Origin: Protoeuglena noctilucae
Taxonomy: Eukaryota
Length of the DNA stretch: 64,000 nucleotides
Direction: 5' to 3'
NCBI GenBank assembly: GCA_958009085.1
Contig: OY253672.1
Span: 1,116,001 to 1,180,000 of the forward strand
Below, in pieces: positions 11,777-20,772 of the stretch. Made by a program: the position numbers and the translations under genes. The notes under the pieces are model-generated. The model saw only the letters and a list, made by a program, of their open reading frames with translations, did not search any database and was not told where the DNA came from. The stretch's first letter is position 1; each line of letters begins with the position of its first letter.

Positions 11777-12058
11777 AAAAAAAAAAAAAAAAAGGCCCGC
11801 GGCGGGATCGGAGCTCGACACGTCAGCACCTGGTGCCAGACGCGGGTGCCTCTCACTTCTCTGGACACCAACCGTGACCCGTGAGGGACCACGATCTCGA
11901 GCTCGTCATTTCCCGCCGCGGGTGCCGGGCACAGGGGGGCGAACCCCCCCACTGGCCCCTAGGGATCCACACTCAGAGAGTGCGAGGGAGCTTTGCAAAG
12001 CGGCCCGGGGGCGGAAGCGTCATCAGGCCACCTGAACGCGTGCGCTAGGGGAGTGGCG
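11777..12058 (-). mobile_element. Short 5'-truncated retroelement related to the LINE 3' UTR, with T17 tail on the sense strand
   Basis: 14-bp TSD CGCCCATGGTCCAG (11763-11776 and 12059-12072); 11924-12044 homologous to 9166-9286; A17 on + strand at 11777-11793. Confidence 0.75.
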
Positions 12059-12221
12059 CGCCCATGGTCCAGGGGGGGGGGGGTCTTTTCCAAATCGATA
12101 CCGACATGTCCGGCAGCTGGCTCGCCTGGCCGTGGGACGTCCCACAGTGCCGTGGCGCGAGAGGGAGGAGGTCAGCCGAGTCCATGTTGATATAGCGGCC
12201 GATCGCCAATAATGATATCGC

Positions 12222-12293
12222 GATCCCGTGGCGCAGCGGTAGCGCGCCCGCTTGACACGCGGAAGGTCCCCAGTTCGATCCTGGGCGGGATCA
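12222..12293 (+). tRNA. tRNA-Val(GAC)
   Basis: Cloverleaf GATCCCG/CGGGATC, D-arm GCGC, anticodon loop TTGACAC, T-arm CCCAG-TTCGATC-CTGGG; C-A mismatch at top of anticodon stem. Confidence 0.85.
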
Positions 12294-12358
12294 GACCTTT
12301 CGGCCCAGACACGGGTTTACAGCGTTTTGCCCCGCTCGTGAGCGCGAGCGAGCAAAAG

Positions 12359-12431
12359 TGGCACCTAGGAGACTCGAACTCCTGCCCCCAGATTCAGAGT
12401 CTGATGTCCTAACCACCTAGACGAAGGCGCC
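12359..12431 (-). tRNA. tRNA-Gln(CTG)
   Basis: GGCGCCT/AGGTGCC acceptor, loop CTCTGAA, T-arm AGGAG-TTCGAGT-CTCCT, TTTT terminator just downstream. Confidence 0.93.
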
Positions 12432-12978
12432 GACGTTGTATACCAGATAATGGGGTTTCCGCATCATAAATACCTGATAGACGCGTACGGAGCACGGATG
12501 CCCTGCAGTCGTCCCTGCGTCGGGCTTTGGCGGTCGAATTCAGCTGCGGCACGACCCGTAGACCCAGCACGGACACCGTGCGCGTGTCCCTCGCACTCTG
12601 GGAGTGTGGGGCCAAGGTCGTCAGCGTGACGGGCCAAGGTCATCTGGGCGTGTGGGGGCGAGGAGATGAGGGACGGGACAAGGCCGACGGGCGTGGGAGA
12701 GGACGGGCCAAGGGCCAAGGTTGACGTGCGGGAGCGAGGAGCGGGGTCGCGTCGTGGGTCTCTGGGCACACGGCCGAGTGGGTCGTGCCGGCGCACGCAC
12801 CCGGAGCGGGGCGGTCTGGGGCGGTGCACATGAGAGGCAGCCGGCCCTCAGGGGCGCAGCGTGGGTGAGCGGGGCGCCCAGGGGCAACGCTGCGCCCCCC
12901 AAGGAACGCCGTCTGCGTTCGGACCGCCCCCACCGCCCTCGCGTCCGGGCCAGCGTGGCCGGGTGGGCGAGCCAGCCG

Positions 12979-13371
12979 GGCCGCCTGAGGAGGAGGGGAG
13001 GAGGGTAGGGAGCGGGGGATGTCATGATTGGCCGCACATCAGCTACACAGATCGTCATTAGCCTCGGCCTCACCTTTTGTAATAGACGCCCGGGGGTCTC
13101 CACGGAGGGCCCCCGCGGCTGCATCGTCCCACTCTGGGACGGCGATCCAGCCTCAGGGCGCAGCGAGGGGGCTAGGGGTGCAAGAACCCGGGGTGGGCGA
13201 CCCCTTTGCCTTCGGGTGGGGAGACCTAGCGGGGGCGGGCCACGTGCCATATGCACTGCAACGATGGAAACCCCGGGGTGTCAGCTGCCCCGGGGGACGG
13301 CACTTCTGCCGCAAGGCGTGGCTCTGAGAGTCATAGCACCCCTCGACTGTTGAATCGCTCATCATCATCAT
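12979..13371 (+). mobile_element. (CAT)n-tailed retroposon; 5' boundary uncertain and may extend toward ~12590
   Basis: Near-identical reverse complement of 19783-20175; ends in (CAT)4; no TSD found. Confidence 0.8.
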
Positions 13372-14970
13372 GGGTACCTCCGGGCCGTCCTCACCCATGC
13401 GGGCCTGCCCGCCCCCTTCGTGGGGGCGGCGATGGCCCTCCAGGTGGAGTCGAAGGCTGTGATTGCCTTCGAGAGCGGCTGTTCCCGGCCCTTTTCTATA
13501 GAGCGCGGGGTGAAACAGGGATGCCCCTTGAGTCCCCTCCTGTTCGTCGTTGCCATAGAGCCGCTGGCATGCCGCCTTCGGTCCCTCGCCGCATCCGAGC
13601 CGCGGGCGCTCGGTGTTTCCCTATCCCCGGGGTCGTTCGGCAGCCTCCCCCCGCAGGATCTGGCATCGCGCTTTTTTGCGGACGACGCGGGTGCCCTGAC
13701 CGCAGACCTGCCCGCAGCATGGGAAGCGCTGTCGGCGACCCTGGGGGATTTCGCTGCGGCTTCTGGTCTCGAGGTCAATGCAGCCAAGACGGCAGTCTAC
13801 CGGCTTGGCAGGGGCAACCACGCCTCATTGGAGGCAGCAGCGGTGGCACGGGGCTGCCGCTGGTCCATGCCCACAGGGCCCAGCGAGGGCGTGCGCTACT
13901 TGGGCGCCCATACTCGTGGGGCACTGGCGCAGGCGTGGTCGAGCACGCTGGGTGTGATGGTCCAGCGTGGCACCGCCATCGCAGGGATGCATATGTCCAT
14001 TCAGGGGAGGGCGCGGGCGGCGAGTGCCTATGTGGCAAGCACGGCGAGTTACCTACTCGAGACGTCCCCCGCCCCTGCCTCTATGGACCAAGAGGCGGAG
14101 AAGCTTGTCAACACCCTGGTGCAGGGCAACCGCGCGGCTGGATCCCTGTGGCGTCGCACGGCTGACTGCATGGTCTCTGGCCCGCGCGCTGAGGGTGGGC
14201 TGGGGGCGACCCGGCCCACTGTGCATGTCCCAGCGCGCCGCATGCGCATTTTGGCAAAGATCCTGACGGGCGCGCCTGGCGTTGGCCCGGCTCGCCACGT
14301 GCTGGACCGGGCCCTGACGGTCCTGGGCGGCCCAGGCTGCGTGTGCCAGGCGCGCCGGCGCGGCACGGGCGCGCACGGGCACCGAGCCCCTGTAGCGCCT
14401 CGCAAATCTGGACGACGATCTTCTTGGCAAGGTCCCTGGCCGACGTGGTGTCGCCCAAGCGAGGGTGCGGCAAACGCTCCCAGGACCCCTTGCGCCCCGC
14501 AGATGCGGTTCGCACGCGAAGGAAACAACTTACGCACACCAGCCGGACCTTGGCCGTCTTGCGAGCCTGCGGGAGGGTCGGGAAGCTGGCCGGGGTTGGG
14601 GCTCGGGGGTGGGAAGTGCGCTGGGCTGCAAGGGTGCCAAGCGAGGCAGGGGCGCCTGCGCCTCCCCGCACCAATGCTGCCAGGGCTACGCTTGAGGGCG
14701 TCACTAGAGCACTCGGCCCTGTCCTGTCCCCTGCCGCCTACGACGCCCTCCCTTACCACCTCCGCCCCCTCGCTGTGGGCCAGGTCCCCTTCCCCCGCTC
14801 ACCTGGACAGGGCCGAGGGCGCGCTGGCAGCCTGTTGCTCCCAGCAGGACGCGGAAGCCCTCCCCTGCCCCTCAACACCAGCGTGCGCCCTGCGTTGGGC
14901 CCATACCCCGCGCCTGCGTGGAAGGTAGACCTTAATCTGCTTTCGACCGGGCCAGCATCACCAGCATCAC
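13372..14970 (+). mobile_element. L1/Tx1-like LINE ORF2 fragment (reverse transcriptase domain), disrupted, runs into assembly gap
   Basis: GYLRAVLTHAGLP, ERGVKQGCPLSPLLFVVAIEPL, FFADD, SGLEVNAAKT, VRYLG, PRAEGGLG; downstream part homologous to ORF 18461-19780. Confidence 0.92.
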
Positions 14971-15170
14971 NNNNNNNNNNNNNNNNNNNNNNNNNNNNNN
15001 NNNNNNNNNNNNNNNNNNNNNNNNNNNNNNNNNNNNNNNNNNNNNNNNNNNNNNNNNNNNNNNNNNNNNNNNNNNNNNNNNNNNNNNNNNNNNNNNNNNN
15101 NNNNNNNNNNNNNNNNNNNNNNNNNNNNNNNNNNNNNNNNNNNNNNNNNNNNNNNNNNNNNNNNNNNNNN
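14971..15170. other. Assembly gap (200 N)
   Basis: Run of N. Confidence 1.
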
Positions 15171-15777
15171 GTGCTTAGGTGAAACACCCTGCAAGCCGGG
15201 AGGGCCGGCGACCGTGTCCTCAGGCATGAACTGCTCCCCGTTTCTGCGAAGGAAGGAGGCCCGTGGTTCGGTCGAGCCAGTAGCTGTGACGCGCGAGTGT
15301 GAGCCACAGCACCTGGCCTATCGGCACACCCCCCCTTCCCCTGCCAACCACAGCACAGATGGCGCAGGACGGCTTGGCAACGCACCAACGCATCGAGCCG
15401 ACTCCCTTCCCCCGGCAGGAATGATGTCTCCGCCTACCGCAGGGAACAGACTCGTGGTGACGCGCAGGCCCAGGCCGCCGTGAGAGCTGCGCAGGCACGC
15501 TGGACGAGAATCCGACGTGCAGCAAAAGACGGTCATCCCAGCCTCCGCCGCGCTGAGCGCTGCGCACGCTCACCGCCTGCAGCAGCGCCCCAGCCCGGTT
15601 CTCACGGAGCGCGTCTGCCCGTGCAAGCCCGCTGAAGGCCCCTGTTGTGCCCGCAGAGGCCGCTATAAACCTCCAGCTCACAGCGTCGGAGGGCTTGATG
15701 GTGTTCCCCCTCGCTGTTGCGTGCAGTCGCGGATGAGGCGGCGCTTGTCGTGGCAGATGTGGCCAACCGTCTCCTAG

Positions 15778-16092
15778 AGGGCCACCCTGTTCCCGCAGGG
15801 TTCGCCCTCCTCAACTCCCTCCGCATGGCGGTGGCCAAGGTCTTTGGCAATCGCCTCCTCCGTAAGGAGGGGGACCATGCCTGCGTCATGGAGCGCCTGG
15901 TCCTCGTGGACCAGGCGCTCCATGGCGCAGGCATGGTCCCCCTCCTTACGGAGGAAGAAGACCTTGGCCACCGCCCTGCGGAGGGAGGTGAGGAGGGCGA
16001 TGGGTCGGTAGTTAGTCCAGTCAGCTCTGGACCCCCCTTATGCAGCAGCCAGATCGCTGCGTCCGAGAACCCTGCGGGAACAGGGTGGCCCT
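15778..16092. repeat. Long inverted repeat / fold-back hairpin
   Basis: Inner 48-bp stem 15856-15903 with 15908-15955 around loop TCGT; middle stem 15802-15843 with ~15958-16000; outer 26-bp perfect stem 15778-15803 with 16067-16092. Confidence 0.92.
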
Positions 16093-17599
16093 GCTGGGCG
16101 GGGGCACCCTGCGTCTCAGAGGAACTTTGCCACCACTGCAGGGTCGCGGGGCACAGCGTTGTAAAGGTCGGCCCACTGCGCCCTCATGAACGCCTTGGCC
16201 ACTTGGCCTTAGAGCGTCTTGTCCTGCGGGGCGAAAGCGCTCCGTGCTGCCCAGGCTGGGGCGCTGGTCCTCGAGGCGAGCCTGCGCCGCCTTCGCCGCG
16301 GCCTGGGCCTGAGTGATGGTCTCTTTCCCTGATGCGGTGGGCGGCGGAGAGGGAGCGAGTTTTGGCAGCTAGGGCGCCCCTGCGTTGATGGGGTCCTGCA
16401 CCAAGAGGGGGCTGAGGGACGCAACTTTGGTGCAGAGCTCAACGACGAGGGCCGAAGGGGAGCCAATGGCAGCCGTGAGCGGGAAGGCAGAGCGCACTCG
16501 CGCCGCCAGGTGCGCCCGGCAGTGTGCTCAAGCACGCTTCGGGTCCCCCGCCGAGAGGGTCAGGACCACGGCCAGTAAGCCGAGACGGGGCCACATGGCG
16601 CACCACGGGGTGCGTCTTGGTGAGCAGCGACGCGCTGGCATGCACGCGATCCATGCGCAAAGCAGCAAAGCGCCACAACCGCGGGTCCCCGCGCGCCCGA
16701 CGGGGTCGCAACCGAGTCGCTATATAGTCATCCCCATGTAGACGGGCGGACGGACCCGGGCGGGCACGAGCGGGCCCGGCGCGCCCGGGCTGCAGTTCGA
16801 ACGCTCCAGGCCCGCCCTTGCCAGGCTCGCGCGGAGAAACCAGGATTCCCGGCCTCCTCGCCTCAACAACCACGCAATCAGTTCTCCAATAGCCGCAAAA
16901 GGAAACAAGGACGTCCCGGCGTGGCGGCGGCGAGCTCCGAGTGCGGCAGCTGATGCCCCGTGCCCGCACGCCGCCTACGACCGGAAAGGGCCGCATTTGG
17001 GCAGAGCCTGTCACCTTTCCATGTCATGCATGGCCAGAAGCGACGATCGGGTCGCCTGCCGCCGTGCCACGGCTTGGCGGGCCGCAAGAAATCCGGGGCG
17101 CAACGGCGGCGGAAGCACGGGGAGACACAACGTCCCAGCATCTGCGCACGACATTTGAGGATAGCCGCGCAACGCAGACTAGCGACAGATCGGCTGCGGG
17201 TCCCGGGAAACGTGAAACAAGCTCAGCAGCGCCAGTATGCATCAGCTCGTGCAGTTGCCGTGCCGGCACGGACCGCACCGGACCCTGGAAGCAGCCACGG
17301 CTCCGGGCTCATCATTTCTTACCAGAGGCGCCGGGAACAGGGAGCCCAGCTTCTCTGCTGGGTCCTAGAGGTCGGCGATCAATCTGTGCGCAGTGCAGGG
17401 GGCGGGTGCAGAGCAAAGTGGCCCCGGGGCGGCGCGTCTGAAGGCCACACGTACGCGGGTGGTTAGAGAGAGTCCAAGGGATCACGCTTCTGGCTGATGG
17501 AACGCCTGTGCGGCCGCCCAGCAGCGATTTGAGCAAGCATGTGACCCTCCGCCCCTCCCCGGGCACTGTTCTAACCACCCATTCAGGTCGGGGACTTCT

Positions 17600-20201
17600 C
17601 CCCCCAAGACTCAAGGCGTAATGGTGCAGCCCGAACACGTCTGACACCGGCAGGGTCAGAGCGTGGGTCAACCGCGGCACGAGGGTGCGCACACCCTTCG
17701 TGAACACTGAGCACGGCTTCGGGGTCATCATAACCAGCCAAGAGCGCCGGGCACAGGGGGGCGAACCCCCCCACTGGCCCCTTGGGAACCACACTCCCAG
17801 AGTGCGTGGGGGCTTTGCAAAGCGTCCCGGGGGCGGCAGCGTCGTTAGGCCACCTGAACGCGTGCGGTGAAGGCAGCGGCAGCCCCAAGGGACTGGGGGG
17901 ACCGGATCTCGGGGACCTGGGTCCCCCGCTCTGTCCCACAAGGGGGCGCCAAAGCGTACCAACACTCCGAACATGACGTGAAACCCTCGGCCACCGCCCC
18001 CGACTCTGCTAGGCCCCCGCCCGCCGGCGCCCGCCCGAGGTTTCCTTGCGGGCACCCCGAGACGAGCGCCGACGGGCAGCCGGCTGTCCCGCGGGGCCGA
18101 ACCCGGGCTTTAGAACCCTGGAGGGCCGGCGACCTTGAACTCCTGCACGTCCAGGCGATACCGCAATGTGAAGTACTCACCACGTCCCACGCACGCGCGA
18201 GCAGGCTACCCACACCATCACAGGAGTGCCATCTAGCAGACCCGGTGGGGCGCACCTTGCCGTGGCAGCCTATCACGCCCCCCGCCAGCAGAAGCAGCAC
18301 AGCTGCGCCATGACAGAGCGATGCGTGCAGAGGGCGCCATGGGATACGCTGGCGAGCCCTCACCTGTTGCGGCCTCACCTGGGACTTACCTGCGCGGCGG
18401 CTGCCACCGCCCCTGGGACACCCTCCCACGCGGACCTGCAATGCGGACCTTCCCGGCCGCTCACGCGGCAGCCGGGAAGCCGCGCCACGAGAACCTGCGG
18501 CCATCGGCGTGGGCGAGGACGAGCCTGTCGCCCCGCTTCCCCAGCAGAGCAGCGAGGCGCCCTGCCCCAGTGACAGCCAGAGTGTCTTGGACCTCGGCTG
18601 CCACGATGGCGCCAAGCTGGGCATAGAGGCCTGCGGGCGTCGACGGGGAGCGCCAGTTCTCCCAAAGCTCTTGGCGGCGCCTCCAGATGAGCTTGAAAGC
18701 CGCGCCCACGGTGACCGCCCACGAGTACTGCGTGAAACGGCTGGAGGGAGGGGGGGCCAGGTGGAACACCGCCCGCGCCGAGAGGGCCGGGGCCCGCGCG
18801 GCCGCCTTGACCGTCTCCCACACCTCCTGGGCCCTGTCACAGGCCCAGAAGGCGTGGGCGACCGTGTCGTCGTGGGAGCACTGCTCGCCATCCCTGCGGA
18901 GGAGGGGGCACGTGGTGAGGTCGAGCCAGTAGCAGTGCGATGCGGTGGCACGCGCGTCGGCCAGCGTCAGCCACAGCGCCTCGTGCATCTGCGGAGACAG
19001 GGGGAGAGCGTTGATGGTCTTGAGAGCGGCATGCATGCCCGCCGCCGTGACCCCGTCCGGCCCGTCCTGGGCCTCCCCGAGCGCCCCGGCCCGGGACCAC
19101 TGCTCCACCTTGCGGGCGAGCCGCGAGGTGATGGTGGCCCGGTCGAAGGCCACCCCCACCGCATGTCCGACCGAGTACTGCTTAAGCGGAATGGGGACGG
19201 GCACTTCAGTGGGGCGCCGATGAGGCTCGAGGACCCACTGCATGGAGGGGGTGACAAGGGGCAGGTTGAGCTCCACCCACCACGCGGGCTCGGGGGCAGG
19301 GCGCATAACGGCCGACGCGACCTGGGGGCGGGAAGGACGGGGGAGGAGTTGAGAGTCCTGCTGCGCGCAGTAAGCCGCCAGCGTGTGCTCCGCCCTCGCC
19401 AGGTCTGCGGGGGAGGGGACCTGGCCTGCGGCAAGGGAGCGGAGGTGAGCAGGGAGGGAGCCGCAGGCCGCAGGGGACAGAACCAGGCCCTGCCAAGGGT
19501 CCCACGCAACCAGGATACCCACGAGCTGCTCAGCCACGCCCTCAAGCACCACACGGCTGGCATTGGCACGGGGAGGCACAGGCGCGCCCACAACGCCCAG
19601 CCCCTCAAGCGCCTTGCAAACCTGGATTATTACCCTTTTGACGGGGTCCTTGGCCGACGTCGTGTCGCCCAAGCGAAGGTGCAGCAGCCGCTCCCAGCGC
19701 GTGCCCCACAGCCGCCCGCACCACGACGCCTCCAGCACCTCCGAGGCCACGGCGCCCGGGGAGTCCCAGGCCATCTTGAGCCATGATGATGATGAGCGAT
19801 TCAACAGTCGAGGGGTGCTATGACTCTCAGAGCCACGCCTTGCGGCAGAAGTGCCGTCCCCCGGGGCAGCTGACACCCCGGGGTTTCCATCGTTGCAGTG
19901 CATATGGCACGTGGCCCGCCCCCGCTAGGTCTCCCCACCCGAAGGCAAAGGGGTCGCCCACCCCGGGTTCTTGCACCCCTAGCCCCCTCGCTGCGCCCTG
20001 AGGCTGGATCGCCGTCCCAGAGTGGGACGATGCAGCCGCGGGGGCCCTCCGTGGAGACCCCCGGGCGTCTATTACAAAAGGTGAGGCCGAGGCTAATGAC
20101 GATCTGTGTAGCTGATGTGCGGCCAATCATGACATCCCCCGCTCCCTACCCTCCTCCCATCCTCCTCAGGCGGCCATCTTGAGCCCTGCGCGGCGGCTGA
20201 C
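17600..20201 (-). mobile_element. 5'-truncated L1/Tx1-like LINE, copy 2, with G6 tail; interrupted at 19783-20171
   Basis: 9-bp TSD GGGACTTCT (17591-17599 and 20202-20210); ORF2 C-terminus 18461-~19782 with CCHC finger; near-identical to copy 1. Confidence 0.9.
19783..20171 (-). mobile_element. 5'-truncated (CAT)n-tailed retroposon nested in LINE copy 2
   Basis: 14-bp TSD GGCCATCTTGAGCC (19769-19782 and 20172-20185); (ATG)4 at left end; matches 12979-13371. Confidence 0.88.
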
Positions 20202-20374
20202 GGGACTTCTGTTTTTTGTTAGGTTTTCCGAATCTGAAGCCTGCCAGGCACTCAGCCCCCTCCCCTGCGTGTACGGAGGCTCGCCTACGAACGCTTGCAG
20301 TGCTCAACATTGCACGGGTATATATAGTGTAATTTCGACGACTTTCTACAAGCAGCTCCAAAGACGCGAGCTCG

Positions 20375-20447
20375 TCCCTCGTAGTCCAGGCGGTTAGGAT
20401 ACCTGACTCTCACTCAGGAGACCCGGGTTCGACTCCCGGCGGGGGAA
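20375..20447 (+). tRNA. tRNA-Glu(CTC)
   Basis: TCCCTCG/CGGGGGA acceptor, loop CTCTCAC, T-arm CCGGG-TTCGACT-CCCGG; upstream TATATATA (~20319), downstream TTTT. Confidence 0.95.
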
Positions 20448-20494
20448 CGATTTTGCTGCTGCTGCTCAAGCCTGCAGGGCCTGCGAGAGCAAAA

Positions 20495-20568
20495 TGGATC
20501 CGCCCAGGATCGAACTGGGGGCATCTCGCGTGTGAGGCGAGCGATCTAACCAACTGATCTACGGATCC
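20495..20568 (-). tRNA. tRNA-Val(CAC)
   Basis: GGATCCG/CGGATCC acceptor, CTCGC-CTCACAC-GCGAG anticodon arm, T-arm CCCAG-TTCGATC-CTGGG, TTTT terminator, upstream TATA-like tract. Confidence 0.95.
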
Positions 20569-20772
20569 GGGACTTGAAGCGGTCGACGATATATAACGGT
20601 GAAATTTGCATATATATACCTCACAGTCTGCGTCGTAATCTGCATTCATTTCCGGCGCAAATCTTGCAGCAGTGACGTCGTTCTTTTGACCTCTGCACTT
20701 CTGACGCATATTCAACACATCGCCGAAAAGGCGCCGCGCCAGGGCTACCCCAGGGAGGGAGGTATGGACTAC

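Noticed and set aside
11924..12044. Hammerhead ribozyme suggested by CUGAUGA on the minus strand (~12020-12026)
   Set aside because: No GAAA core downstream, and the homologous copies read CUAACGA
12359..12431. Suppressor-type Gln tRNA or TAR-to-Gln recoding as in some ulvophytes
   Set aside because: The anticodon is ordinary CTG, and genes here end normally in TAG, TAA or TGA
16100..17590. Possible LINE ORF1 or host gene between the hairpin and LINE copy 2
   Set aside because: No recognisable motif or consistent exon chain; left unannotated
18461..19903. 480-aa ORF as an intact gene, with the same N-terminus as ORF 13251-14165
   Set aside because: Chimeric: the MHCND..SSSS start comes from the inserted (CAT)n element reading into the LINE frame
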